64,000 nt of DNA from an uncultured Bacteroidota bacterium (GCA_903919075.1 CAIXGR010000043.1:3053-67052), one strand, 5' to 3'; positions 28,755 to 38,986 are shown, counted from the stretch's first letter. Notes: generated by a model from the sequence alone, not told the origin. Translations and numbers: made by a program.

Positions 28755-31016
28755 GTGAAATCCATTTTTTTCATCCTCTTTTTATTCATTTTAGGCAATA
28801 CCAGCCTTACCGCCCAAAGCTTTACCGGCAAGATAATGAAAACTACAAAACCACCGGTGCCCTTCTACCAGGCCAATGTCGAGATTAAAAATGGCGACAA
28901 AACCGTTAAGGTGCTTAAAACTTACTTCGATGGCACTTTTGCTTTTAATCCCGATAGAAACCAAACTTACACCGTAAAAATATCTTCGCCGGGTTATATA
29001 GATAGCACCATTACTTTTACTACTAATAAAAAGTCTGTGCCCACACCTTCAAGCATCACTCTTGTATTAAAAAAAGATGGCATGCGTTTATACGGGCAGG
29101 TGCGCAATAAAAAAGAAAACTTCCCACTAAAGGGCGTAACCCTGGTGCTTAAAAATATAATGACGCGCAAAACACAGCGCATTACTACCGATGTTGACGG
29201 CCAGTTTAATTTTAAAATAGAGCTCGAAAACAACTATAGCTTTACAGTTGATAAGCATTCGCCGGGCGTAGCCAATAAATACAAAGACACTACCATGTAT
29301 ATCACTACGCTTGGCATGAACAAGCCTGTTGATTTAAAGCTAAATCTTTTTCTCCCTTCGCGCAAGCCGATACCGGTAAGCAAACATAAGTCGGCACAGC
29401 CTAATCCGGCAGCACAAGCAGGGCTATTAGATGTGCGCCAGGCAAAAAAACACTCAAAATCAAAACCTGAAAAAGAAAAAGCTGCAGTAGAAAAAGATAC
29501 CGTAACGACAAAAACGGCATTAGCAAAACAGGACAAAAAGATAAAAGAGGCGCCGCCCGATATTATTGTTATTCGCGATAACCCTGCACCGGCGCCGGTT
29601 AAACCCAATGTGCATATTGATACATTAAAAGGGGAGGCCGAAGAAAAAAAACCAGAGAAGCTAAGCAAAAAAGCACTGGCTGCCCGGCAAAAATTTGTTG
29701 AAGATTCAATTGCCAATGCTGTCGTTCTTACAAAACAGCAGGCTATTCAAGACTCAATAAACAGTGTAAAATTGGCGCAGGAAAAAGCCGAAAGAGAATT
29801 GGCCAAACAGGCTAAGCAAGATTCGATTATAAAAGCAAACATTGCCGCGCAACAAAAAAAATTAATACAAGATTCAATTGCCCTTGCTACTGCGAACAGA
29901 GAAAAAGAATTAGCTACTAAAAAACTGCAAGAAGATTCCATTGCAAAAATTAATGTTATAGCGCTACAAAAAAAGCTGTTAGAAGATTCTATCTCGGCAG
30001 TTAAAGCCAAAGCCGAGAAACAAAAGGCTGACAAGGAATTAGCGGCTAAAAAATTTCATGAGGACTCCATTGCAAAAGTCGTCTTTGTCGCGCTACAGAA
30101 AAAACTTGTTCAGGATTCCATTGCTGAAGTAAAGGCGAAGCGCGCTAAAGAAAAGGCGGAAAAAGAATTATTGGCTAAAAAATTTCATGACGACTCTATT
30201 GCAAAAATTACAATTGCAGCTCAGCAGAAAAAACTAATTCAAGATTCTATTGCCGTAGTTAAAGCCAAAGCAACTAAAGAAAAAGCCGAGAAAGAACTAG
30301 CAGCCAAAAAGCTGCATGAAGATTCAATTATAAAAATTGCAATTCTTTCGCATCAAAAAAAGCTGGCCGAAGATTCAGTTAAAGCTGTTAAGGCGGCCAA
30401 AGAGAAAATTGAAAAAGAATTAGCGGCCAAAAAATTCCATGAGGACTCTATTGTAAAAGCCACGCTTGTAGCACAACGCAAAAAATTTGTTCAGGATTCT
30501 GTTGCAGCCGTAAAAGCAAAAGTTGCCAAAGAAAAAGCAGAAAAAGAATTGGCCTCAAAAAAAATGCGCGAGGACTCTGTTATAAATGCAAATCTTATTG
30601 CGCGAGAAAAAAAATTAATGCATGACTCTATTACAGTTGCCAACGCTAATAAAGTTTTAGCAGTTACCATTAGCGCCGAAAACACGCCCGTGTTTTTTAG
30701 TAAAAATAGTTTTGCAATTCCCGACTCCGCTCAAAAGCAATTAGAAGATATTGCGCATCAAATTGCAACAAACCCTTCGTGGAACCTGAACCTGCACTCA
30801 CTGGCTTCGGCTGATGAAATCAACCCCGAGCATCTTTTATTGAAACGGTCTAATGCGGTTATTGAATATTTACTTAAAGCCGGTATCCCTTTAAAACAAA
30901 TTCAGCCGCTTTACTCCACTGTAGGCAAGTCGCGAAATGGATGCATAACACCCAACTGCCCCGAAGAACAACTACGGCAAAACAGATGTGTAGTGTATGA
31001 GATTATTAAAAAATAG
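28755..31016 (+). CDS. OmpA-family protein with N-terminal CarboxypepD_reg-like domains and a long K/E-rich repeat region
   Basis: GTG start with signal peptide MKSIFFILFLFILGNTSLTAQ. The central part holds 43-aa repeats. The C-terminal part is OmpA-like (FFSKNSFAIPDSAQKQLEDIA, LLLKRSNAVIEYL). Confidence 0.72.
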   Translation: MKSIFFILFLFILGNTSLTAQSFTGKIMKTTKPPVPFYQANVEIKNGDKTVKVLKTYFDGTFAFNPDRNQTYTVKISSPGYIDSTITFTTNKKSVPTPSSITLVLKKDGMRLYGQVRNKKENFPLKGVTLVLKNIMTRKTQRITTDVDGQFNFKIELENNYSFTVDKHSPGVANKYKDTTMYITTLGMNKPVDLKLNLFLPSRKPIPVSKHKSAQPNPAAQAGLLDVRQAKKHSKSKPEKEKAAVEKDTVTTKTALAKQDKKIKEAPPDIIVIRDNPAPAPVKPNVHIDTLKGEAEEKKPEKLSKKALAARQKFVEDSIANAVVLTKQQAIQDSINSVKLAQEKAERELAKQAKQDSIIKANIAAQQKKLIQDSIALATANREKELATKKLQEDSIAKINVIALQKKLLEDSISAVKAKAEKQKADKELAAKKFHEDSIAKVVFVALQKKLVQDSIAEVKAKRAKEKAEKELLAKKFHDDSIAKITIAAQQKKLIQDSIAVVKAKATKEKAEKELAAKKLHEDSIIKIAILSHQKKLAEDSVKAVKAAKEKIEKELAAKKFHEDSIVKATLVAQRKKFVQDSVAAVKAKVAKEKAEKELASKKMREDSVINANLIAREKKLMHDSITVANANKVLAVTISAENTPVFFSKNSFAIPDSAQKQLEDIAHQIATNPSWNLNLHSLASADEINPEHLLLKRSNAVIEYLLKAGIPLKQIQPLYSTVGKSRNGCITPNCPEEQLRQNRCVVYEIIKK
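29686..30650 (+). repeat. About eight tandem 129-bp (43-aa) coding repeats
   Basis: ggctaaaaaatttcatg recurs at 30044 and 30173, a spacing of 129 nt. The protein units read KKFHEDSIAKxxxxAxQKKLxQDSIAxVKAKxxKEKAEKELAA. Confidence 0.85.
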
Positions 31017-31027
31017 CGCGCTGTTTC

Positions 31028-31168
31028 TCAGGTATGTTTAATTCTATGCCCGCCAATCGAAGGGCAATCGCATTTATTAGCTTTGCATGAAGGAAGCGTG
31101 GAGGCAAAAACCACCCCAACCAGTATTACAATAAAAACTCGGACAACATGTTTAATTTGCTTGCTCAT
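31028..31168 (-). CDS. Small putative lipoprotein (46 aa)
   Basis: The ATG at 31168 gives MSKQIKHVVRVFIVILVGVVFASTLPSCKANKCDCPS, which has a lipobox-like LPSC. Weak call. Confidence 0.3.
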   Translation of the reverse strand: MSKQIKHVVRVFIVILVGVVFASTLPSCKANKCDCPSIGGHRIKHT

Positions 31169-31206
31169 ATAAGTTAAACGTTGGTTAACGAATATAATTT
31201 TTCTAA

Positions 31207-32259
31207 TTGGAACGCAGAAAGAAAATTTTAGTTGCACCGCTAGACTGGGGTCTGGGCCATGCCACACGCTGCATACCCATTATTAATGAATTACTGGCTA
31301 ATAATTGTGGGGTATTATTGGCATCAAATGGCAATTCTCTATCGTTATTAAAAGGCGAGTTTCCGCATTTAACTGCTTTTGAATTACCAGGTTATGACCC
31401 AATATACCCAAACGGTAACGGCATGATTTTAAAAATGGCAATACAAGTGCCTAAGTTTTTGAAAACAATTTTACGCGAACATATATTGGTTGAGAAGCTT
31501 GTTGCGGAGCATAATATTGATGTGGTAATTTCTGACAATCGTTATGGCTGTTTTAGCAAAAAAGCAAAATCGATTTTTATTACTCACCAGCTAAACATAT
31601 TAATGCCGGGGAACATTAACTGGCTTGAAAAAAGAATCAACCATTTTAACCAGGAACAAATAAAGCAATATGCCGAATGCTGGGTTCCTGCGCCGCCCGA
31701 TTCTTTTATACCAAAACTTACCGGTGATGATAAAATATTAAAAACGCGCCACATCGGCTATCTGTCCAGATTTGAAAAACGTGTTACACCCAAATTATAC
31801 GATGTGTTGGTTATATGCTCCGGACCTGAACCGCAGCGCGATATTTTTGAAAAGCTGTTAACTCGGCAATTACAAAGCACCGGGTTAAAATATTTAATTG
31901 TAAAGGGACTACCCGATTCAAAAAACACTTCGAACAATGACACCGAAGTGGCTTTTATGAATTCTGAAACATTGAATGATACTATTGAAAGCAGCGAAAT
32001 AATTATCGCACGCTCGGGTTATACCACTGTAATGGATTTAGCGAAGCTTGGAAAGAAAGCCATTTTTATACCCACACCGGGACAAACAGAACAGGAATAT
32101 ATTGCCGAAGAAATGAGAGAACCAAAGATTGCTTTTTCAATGAAACAAACTGAATTTGATTTGGAAATTGCATTAAAGAAATCTATCAACTACTCCGGGT
32201 TTACGAATTTCGAATACTCCGATTCACTTTTAAAAAAGGCTGTTCAATCTATTCTATGA
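31207..32259 (+). CDS. Glycosyltransferase, MurG/GT28-like (uncharacterised family)
   Basis: The N-terminus KILVAPLDWGLGHATRCIPI and the C-terminal ARSGYTTVMD are typical of GT-B UDP-glycosyltransferase-like proteins. TTG start. Confidence 0.68.
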   Translation: MERRKKILVAPLDWGLGHATRCIPIINELLANNCGVLLASNGNSLSLLKGEFPHLTAFELPGYDPIYPNGNGMILKMAIQVPKFLKTILREHILVEKLVAEHNIDVVISDNRYGCFSKKAKSIFITHQLNILMPGNINWLEKRINHFNQEQIKQYAECWVPAPPDSFIPKLTGDDKILKTRHIGYLSRFEKRVTPKLYDVLVICSGPEPQRDIFEKLLTRQLQSTGLKYLIVKGLPDSKNTSNNDTEVAFMNSETLNDTIESSEIIIARSGYTTVMDLAKLGKKAIFIPTPGQTEQEYIAEEMREPKIAFSMKQTEFDLEIALKKSINYSGFTNFEYSDSLLKKAVQSIL

Positions 32260-32615
32260 AAAAACTATTTAAAAGTTTTGGCTTTGCCATTAAAGGAATA
32301 ATGATTGCTTTTAAAGAGCAACAAAATGTACGCATTCACACTGTGGTTGTTATTCTTGTAATAGCTACTGGTATTTTCTTACATCTCTCAACAATAGAGT
32401 GGGCGGTGATAACGCTCAGCATCGGCCTTGTAATTTCTGCTGAGTTGCTGAACACAGCCATCGAGTATTTGGTTGATTTGGTTTCGCCCGGGCATCATGT
32501 ACTTGCTGGTAAAATAAAAGATATAGCTGCGGGCGCTGTACTTGTTACTGCAATAGCGGCTATTGTTGTTGGGGTATTTATATTGGGTAGTAAACTTCTT
32601 TTACTGCTGTTATAA
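32256..32615 (+). CDS. dgkA: Diacylglycerol kinase (prokaryotic DgkA family)
   Basis: 119-aa three-helix ORF with ELLNTAIEYLVD and KDIAAGAVL. Its ATG overlaps the upstream TGA (ATGA). Confidence 0.85.
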   Translation: MKKLFKSFGFAIKGIMIAFKEQQNVRIHTVVVILVIATGIFLHLSTIEWAVITLSIGLVISAELLNTAIEYLVDLVSPGHHVLAGKIKDIAAGAVLVTAIAAIVVGVFILGSKLLLLLL

Positions 32616-32623
32616 ATCACTGT

Positions 32624-33271
32624 TTAAACAGAAGCCCGCTCATCCGCAGTAGCTTCAATTTTCTGCTCTTCTTCCTTCTCTGTAAAAAAATATTTTTGAA
32701 AAACAAGAATAACAACTACACCCAAAGTAATAGCCGAATCAGCAACATTAAAAACCGGGCGAAAAAACTCATACGTTTCGCCCTTCCATATAGGAACCCA
32801 ATCAGGAAACACACCGCGGCAAAGTGGAAACCACAACATATCTACTACATAACCTTGCAACAGTCCGGCATATCCTCCATTTTTCGGAAACACTTCTGCA
32901 ATTCTATCGTAACTGTTAGAAAATAACGGGCCGTAAATTGTTCCATCTATCATATTACCAATTGCACCAGCAAGAATCATACAACAGGCGGTAATAAATC
33001 CCCAATGTGCTTTTTGTTTTAGCAGTTGTGCAATGTACCATGTTCCTATAATAGCCGCCCCAAGCCTGAAAAAGCTGAGAACAAATTTGCCCCAAGTCCC
33101 CGGTAATACCATTCCAAAAGCCATACCAGGGTTTTCGGTAAAATGAAGCCTGAACCAATTTGTAATTACAATTTCTTCGCCCATTATCATGTGGGTCTTC
33201 ACCCAAAATTTCAATCCCTGGTCAAGGATTAGTATTGCGAGAACAATTAAAAATGCTTTGTATGGTTTCAC
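32624..33271 (-). CDS. lspA: Lipoprotein signal peptidase II
   Basis: Contains NPGMAFG and FNVADSAITLGVV motifs in a four-helix membrane ORF. Confidence 0.9.
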   Translation of the reverse strand: MKPYKAFLIVLAILILDQGLKFWVKTHMIMGEEIVITNWFRLHFTENPGMAFGMVLPGTWGKFVLSFFRLGAAIIGTWYIAQLLKQKAHWGFITACCMILAGAIGNMIDGTIYGPLFSNSYDRIAEVFPKNGGYAGLLQGYVVDMLWFPLCRGVFPDWVPIWKGETYEFFRPVFNVADSAITLGVVVILVFQKYFFTEKEEEQKIEATADERASV

Positions 33272-33331
33272 TTCAACTATTAATATTCACAAAATATCGG
33301 CCTCGCAATATAGCGGAATGCCCTCTTTCAA

Positions 33332-34312
33332 TTACACTGCATTAAAAATTTCTTTTTCTTTTTCAACAGATAAGCCAACACCTGGCACGGGATAACCCTT
33401 CACTGCTTTATATTCAAGCATCTCAACAAATGTTGCTGCCATATCCATTTTTTTAAAAGAAAAGTCTTTTGTCCACAGGTTATCGCTTACTTTAAAATTA
33501 AGGGACATAAACAAAGGGAATTGCCCCGCGTTTAAATTCAGGCTTATCAATTTTTTCTCATCAAGCAATATAATTTCGGGTTGCGGTTTATTTAATGCTT
33601 TAGCTGTAATTGAAATAACTTCCTCTAAAGTGGTTTCCTGTTGCGAGATGGCATTATAAATGGTTTGGTGCTTTTTTATTTCAACCGCTTGCAGTAATGC
33701 TTCCGCCAAATCAGATGCGTTAGTAAGGCTTAACGAGAACGGGCCACCACCGGGCATTAATATTTTATTAAAAAACTTCGTGCGGTATAGCCAATAATAA
33801 AACCGCTCAGTCCAATCGTACTTTCCGTAAATAAAGCTAGGGCTAAAAATAATTTTATCCAACCAGTCATGCTTCAATAATATCCTTTCCATTTCTGCTT
33901 TCTTCTCGCCATAGGCTGCCATTAGTTTCGATGTTTTTTGCTCATCGCTACAGGCAAGTATCTCATCCGGCTCTGTAATTGCTTTGTCGGCAAATTTTCA
34001 AATATCATAAACCGAAATGGTGCTAATAAAAACATATCGCTTTACTTTTCCTCTCAAGTCGTTCAAAAGTTTTTCGAAAGTAACCGGGTAATAGCCGCTA
34101 AAATCGAAAATACAATCCCAGTCTTGATTATAAATTTGTTTGATGTCATCTGTTTCCCTGTCGCCATGCAATTGTTTTACGCCGCTGAAAATATCTGTGT
34201 TTGACTTTCCACGGTTAAAAAGGGTTACATCATAATCCGGGTTGCTCGTTAAGCGCTCTACTATAGCCCGTCCAACAAACATTGTTCCGCCGAGTACCAA
34301 TATTTTTTTCAT
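33332..34312 (-). pseudogene. NAD-dependent epimerase/dehydratase family gene interrupted by one in-frame TGA
   Basis: ORFs 33998..34312 (MKKILVLGGTMFVGRAIV, Rossmann GxxGxxG) and 33332..33922 are in the same frame. The reverse strand reads ISVYDI*KFADKAITEPDEILACSDEQKTSKLMAAYGEKK across the TGA at 33998..34000. Confidence 0.7.
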
Positions 34313-34388
34313 GTGGTTGATATGAACTTCAAACCAAATTATTTTTCGGCTATTTATTAGTATTTAAGCGGGTATTTATTTGTGCCGG

Positions 34389-34928
34389 TTAAAGTGCGGC
34401 AAGAAGATTGGCCTGCACAAAAAACTTGCTGTAAATATTTACAGTTACCTGCTGGCCTAACATTTGTTTATCGGCACAGGTTATTCGTAGTTTAACTTGA
34501 TTGGACAATAAATAATTTTTGAGCTCAACATTGTTAATGTCCAGACTAAGTTGTGCGCCTACTGTGTCAGGTATGCTTTGCTTTGATGCAATTTCGACTT
34601 CGGGCAAGCTATCGGTTGAAATATATGCGCTAATGTTTTGAAGAAACGTGAAGGTTTGCCCCTGAGGCGATGTTATAGTAAGCGTTAACTGGTTTAGTTT
34701 TACACTTTTTACAAGCTTAGGGTTGGTGTTATTGGCCTGTAAGGTTTGTTCAATATTGGTGTTTATTGGCGGCGAATAAACGGTAATAGGAACATTTATC
34801 GGAAGCTGCGGCGCAAAGGTTACCTGCTCGTTATAGTCAACATAAAACTGGCCCAACTTATTAATAAGACCACAAGAGCCAACTAGCAACAACACAATAA
34901 GCGAAAAGGAACCGATTGTTTTTTTCAT
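34389..34928 (-). CDS. Hypothetical lipoprotein
   Basis: 179 aa with a signal peptide and lipobox-like LLVGSCG. Confidence 0.5.
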   Translation of the reverse strand: MKKTIGSFSLIVLLLVGSCGLINKLGQFYVDYNEQVTFAPQLPINVPITVYSPPINTNIEQTLQANNTNPKLVKSVKLNQLTLTITSPQGQTFTFLQNISAYISTDSLPEVEIASKQSIPDTVGAQLSLDINNVELKNYLLSNQVKLRITCADKQMLGQQVTVNIYSKFFVQANLLAAL

Positions 34929-35005
34929 ACTACACAGTTTATAGTTACTTAACGCCTTATACGGCTGCTTAGTATTTTAAAAAGCTGCATAGAGATGAGT
35001 ATCAA

Positions 35006-35467
35006 TCAACTACCTTTTAATGCCAGACTTATTTGGCTAAGCTGCCCATTTTCGTACCAGCATGAAACTCCATAGTCCTTTAACTCAAACTCAGAATAGC
35101 CTGAGCTGCTGTATTCCAGCGAAGGCTTGCCCAACATTTTTTTCACATCGGCAGAAGATGAACCAAACACAAGCCCATTAGGCAGCTTACCGGTAAAGCT
35201 TCCGTATACTTTACTGCTTTTATAAAGGTTTATCTGGTTCAGCTTGCCGTTTTTAAATATCAGCTCCATACCGGTGCTTGAACGGTAGTGATCTTCGTTT
35301 ACCATTTCGCATTTGTAGTCGCTTTCAAGCTTTTTTATTTCCTGGCTTTCAGCGCCTTTGCCAAGGTATGAACTGAAACTACCATCCTCTGCTGCTTGTG
35401 CAAAGGCAAATGAAAATACAGCAAAAAGCAAAGCCAAAACCTTTCGGAAAGAATGATTGGTATCCAT
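35006..35467 (-). CDS. Hypothetical secreted protein
   Basis: 153 aa with signal peptide LALLFAVFSFAFAQA. Confidence 0.5.
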   Translation of the reverse strand: MDTNHSFRKVLALLFAVFSFAFAQAAEDGSFSSYLGKGAESQEIKKLESDYKCEMVNEDHYRSSTGMELIFKNGKLNQINLYKSSKVYGSFTGKLPNGLVFGSSSADVKKMLGKPSLEYSSSGYSEFELKDYGVSCWYENGQLSQISLALKGS

Positions 35468-35582
35468 AATTTAAGTTTTAGTTTGTATGTGTAAAGATAA
35501 ATCCTATTCCCTATAAACGCGAATTTTATTTTATAGGGGTACGTTTAATATACAAGCATTGTATATGTATGGCCTTTTTCTG

Positions 35583-36296
35583 CTAAGTGTGCTGGCTTTT
35601 TACCTCCATTATGTACCCGCTTTTATGCAGGTTTACAATATTTACGTTGGTATCGCCCTGTAAATACTTGCGTAGCCTTACCACATACACATCAAGGCTG
35701 CGGCCGGTAAAATAATTTACCTCTTTCCAAATGCTCCGCAATACATCTTCGCGCTTTATTAGTTGATTGATATTGCAACAAAGCATTCGCAAAAGCTCTG
35801 CCTCTTTGGGCGAAAGAATTTGCCGCTGCTCTTTTAAAGCCAGCATGCGCGAATTAAAATTGAAAGAATATTCGCCTAATAAAAACTCGCTTTGGCCGTC
35901 GTCTTGTCTAACCTGCGGCTCACCGGTGCGTTTTAATATGGCTTTTATTTTGTGCATTAGTATGTCTGCATCAACCGGCTTTACAATGTAATCATCGGCA
36001 CCTGCCTCGTAGCCATTTAGCATATCGCTTTTCTGTGCTTTCGAGGTAAGAAAAAGTATAGGCACTGTTTTGTTTTGTTGGCGTATCTGTTCCGCAAGCT
36101 CATAACCATCTCGCTTGGGCATCATAATATCCAACACACATAAATCGAAATGATGATTGCGGAAAGCATTCCACCCATCTACACCATCCTTCATATGTAC
36201 CACTTCAAACAGGCTTAACGAAAGATAGTCCTTCAGTATCTTTCCGAAACTGATGTCATCTTCCACTAAAAGTATACGGGTCTTTCTTTCTTCCAT
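35583..36296 (-). CDS. OmpR/PhoB-family response regulator
   Basis: Receiver domain (RILLVEDD, LCVLDIMMPKRDG, KP) plus a winged-helix C-terminal output domain. Confidence 0.9.
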   Translation of the reverse strand: MEERKTRILLVEDDISFGKILKDYLSLSLFEVVHMKDGVDGWNAFRNHHFDLCVLDIMMPKRDGYELAEQIRQQNKTVPILFLTSKAQKSDMLNGYEAGADDYIVKPVDADILMHKIKAILKRTGEPQVRQDDGQSEFLLGEYSFNFNSRMLALKEQRQILSPKEAELLRMLCCNINQLIKREDVLRSIWKEVNYFTGRSLDVYVVRLRKYLQGDTNVNIVNLHKSGYIMEVKSQHT

Positions 36297-36363
36297 GCAT
36301 AAAGCTTATCGGCTTAATTTTTATTATAATCTCCTGTCTAACGTCTAATATCTATTGTCTGAT

Positions 36364-38016
36364 TTATATTGCCGGAAACTCCATAAAAAACTTGCTCCCT
36401 TTGCCCAACTCGCTTTCTACCCAAACTTTTCCGTTCATGCTTTCTATTATGTTTTTCACAAAATTCAAGCCCAGGCCAAAGCCTTTTACATCGTGCCGGT
36501 TGCCGGTGTGCACGCGGTAAAATTTTTCGAATACCAGTTTTTGGTCGGCCTTGCCAATACCTACCCCTCTATCTTCTACACAAAATAGTATGTAGCTATT
36601 TACACGCCGCGCCGAAATTTTTATCTCGGGCGTTTCTTTCGAATACTTCACCGCATTATCAAGCAGGTTCGAAATTGCACCACGCAACATATCTCTGTTC
36701 GCGTATATCTTCAACTTTTCTACCGGCAACAGTATTTCAATTTTTCCGTTTCTTTTTTGTAAGGCAGATTGAAATACTTTCACTTCCTCTTCTACCAGCT
36801 GGTTAATGTCGATAATTTCATATTGTTCGTTACCGGTGTTTTTATCGGGCAGAGCGGCATCAAGAATCCTATCCACATGGCGTGATAATCTTCGCGCTTC
36901 GTTTTTAATCATGCCGGCATATTCCGGTACCGCTTGTGCGTGTTGATTTTCCGGCACAAGTGCAAGCGTATCGGCTGTCATCGAAATTGTTGCCAGCGGG
37001 GTTTTTAATTCATGGGTCATGTTGTTGATGAAATCAGTAGTAATTTCAGAAAGTTTCTTTTGCTTGAAAATAACTCGCAGCGAGTACGCAAATGCAGAAA
37101 TTATAGTAATTGAAAAGAATAACGAAAGCACCAACAACCCGGCTATTGAAGTAAAAATGTACCTATACCGGGCCGGAAAATCAACCAGCAGCAATGTGCT
37201 GGTTTCAATAAAATCGGTAGGTAACAATGGCGATTGATATGCAAAATCTTTAATCGCACTTTTCGAATATGCTTTATTAATAATTACCGAATCACCCGAA
37301 ACGGAATAAGTTGCAAACACAAAACTTTCGGGTAGGCCCCTTGCCGCAAATGCTTTTTTTAATGCCCGAATTATTTTTGGCGAATCTATTAACTCGTTAA
37401 TGTCTTTTTCGCTCATCTTACTCATGGCGTATTCATCCGCAGCGTCTTTTACAATGTTCATCAACTTGTTTGACTGTGGCGCCAGTGGTGGCTCTTGCGC
37501 AACCGGTGGTTTTTGAATAGTGTTTTTCTGCGCTTTTAAATGTTGCTTATTGCCACGGTTTAAATTAACCACAGCAATAATTTTGTGTCCGTTATGGCTT
37601 CTTATCTCAATTCTTTCACTTCTCTCTGGATCTTCGCCACGGGTATAAAACTCATAATTGGTTTCGTTTGAAACTGAAATCAGATTTTTGGGCTCTTTGC
37701 TGTTGTTTTCTTCATCGGCGTTTTTTTGCTTGTCGTCATTAACTGATATCATGAAATTATAAAAGCCGGGGTCCTGTTTTAGTATTTCTTTTCTAATATT
37801 CGAATCTTCATCCAGCTTTTCAGTAATTAAATGCACGCCATATTTATTTCCCAAATCGCCCGAAACACTCATCAGGGCATGGTGCACTGCCCCATCAAAC
37901 TGCTCTTGCTTAAGTTGTATGGCGCTTTTAATCCACAAAAACTGTATTACTATAACCCCTATTAGGGCAATACTCATCAAGCCAATAAGAATGGGTATGT
38001 TTTGCCTTGATTTCAT
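36364..38016 (-). CDS. Sensor histidine kinase
   Basis: H-box MTHELKTPLATI and an HATPase_c region (NLLDNAVKYS, DRGVGI, GFGLGL). The ATG at 38016 (MKSRQNIPILIGL) is preferred over the track start at 38142. Confidence 0.88.
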   Translation of the reverse strand: MKSRQNIPILIGLMSIALIGVIVIQFLWIKSAIQLKQEQFDGAVHHALMSVSGDLGNKYGVHLITEKLDEDSNIRKEILKQDPGFYNFMISVNDDKQKNADEENNSKEPKNLISVSNETNYEFYTRGEDPERSERIEIRSHNGHKIIAVVNLNRGNKQHLKAQKNTIQKPPVAQEPPLAPQSNKLMNIVKDAADEYAMSKMSEKDINELIDSPKIIRALKKAFAARGLPESFVFATYSVSGDSVIINKAYSKSAIKDFAYQSPLLPTDFIETSTLLLVDFPARYRYIFTSIAGLLVLSLFFSITIISAFAYSLRVIFKQKKLSEITTDFINNMTHELKTPLATISMTADTLALVPENQHAQAVPEYAGMIKNEARRLSRHVDRILDAALPDKNTGNEQYEIIDINQLVEEEVKVFQSALQKRNGKIEILLPVEKLKIYANRDMLRGAISNLLDNAVKYSKETPEIKISARRVNSYILFCVEDRGVGIGKADQKLVFEKFYRVHTGNRHDVKGFGLGLNFVKNIIESMNGKVWVESELGKGSKFFMEFPAI

Positions 38017-38174
38017 ATTACCAAATATAATATCAGATGTCCTATATCTATATGCTACCCCCGTCTTTAACTTTTTATTAACCTGCTTTAACCTGCCGTT
38101 AACCCAAAGTAACTGTGCAGGTAACCACCTTTGCATAGTCATTTAATTTTAGTTATCACTAAAAATTTAAAGTC

Positions 38175-38942
38175 ATGAAAACAATCAATTTAATAAGCGC
38201 AGCGTCTCTCCTGCTAACTACATCAGGTGGTTTTGCTCAAAGCTCATCCGAAAAAACAGACCAGCCAAACTACCGGATTAAGATAGTAAAAGAAGAAATT
38301 GGCAAAAAAGAGGTAATCGATAAACCCTTTGCCAGTAAGGAAGAACTAGAAGCCTACACAAAAGAAAACAATATCGAGGCGCCTGAAGCAGGCACTACCA
38401 TTTCAAAAACGATAAAGCACTACGAATCCAAACAAAAAATGTACGAGGAGCAGACAAGCAAAAACAGCATTAAGAAAGAAAAGAAAATTATAATTATTGA
38501 AAAAGACGAAAGCAGCTTGGGTGAAAAAACCGATTTTGAAATTACCCTAAGCAATCTTACTGACAAAGAAAGTAACGAACTAGTACAGGATATCATCAAC
38601 AAAAAGATAGGAACATTACAGGTTGTAAATACCAAAGTAGAAAACAATGCCGCTGAACCGCCCTCGGGCATAACCTGCAAATCGGGCAACTTAAACAGCC
38701 TAAAGGTATACCCCAACCCCAGTAATAGCGAGTTTCATATTGAGTTTAGTGTTACTAAACCCTGCAATGTAAAATTACGTATAAACGATATGCAGGGCAA
38801 AGAAGTATATGCCGAGGCAATGAATAATTACAGCGGTAAATTCGAAAAAAACATAAATCGTTCAGGCCTTAGCAGCGGCACTTATTTAATGGTGGTTGAG
38901 GCTGGCAACGAGAAAGAAACGACAACAGTAGTAATGCAGTAG
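38175..38942 (+). CDS. Secreted protein with a type A T9SS C-terminal sorting domain
   Basis: Signal peptide, and a C-terminus reading LKVYPNPSNSEFHIEF, INDMQGKEVY, LSSGTYLMVV. Confidence 0.72.
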   Translation: MKTINLISAASLLLTTSGGFAQSSSEKTDQPNYRIKIVKEEIGKKEVIDKPFASKEELEAYTKENNIEAPEAGTTISKTIKHYESKQKMYEEQTSKNSIKKEKKIIIIEKDESSLGEKTDFEITLSNLTDKESNELVQDIINKKIGTLQVVNTKVENNAAEPPSGITCKSGNLNSLKVYPNPSNSEFHIEFSVTKPCNVKLRINDMQGKEVYAEAMNNYSGKFEKNINRSGLSSGTYLMVVEAGNEKETTTVVMQ

Positions 38943-38986
38943 GTTAAGAATAGGTTATCGCAAATACACTATCCATCCTAACTGCC

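Noticed and set aside
28994-30685. Minus-strand ORFs 28994..29233, 29234..29716, 29747..30034 and 30491..30685. I also considered whether the 129-bp repeats could be a CRISPR-like array.
   Set aside because: The ORFs are antisense to the OmpA-family gene. The repeats are in-frame, contiguous coding units without unique spacers, so they are not a CRISPR array.
33940-34000. Selenocysteine recoding of the in-frame TGA in the epimerase gene, prompted by selD in the same window.
   Set aside because: No convincing SECIS-like stem-loop lies 3' of the TGA. Only the selenouridine partner selU accompanies selD here. The position is not a plausible redox residue. It is kept as a finding only as a nonsense codon or possible error.
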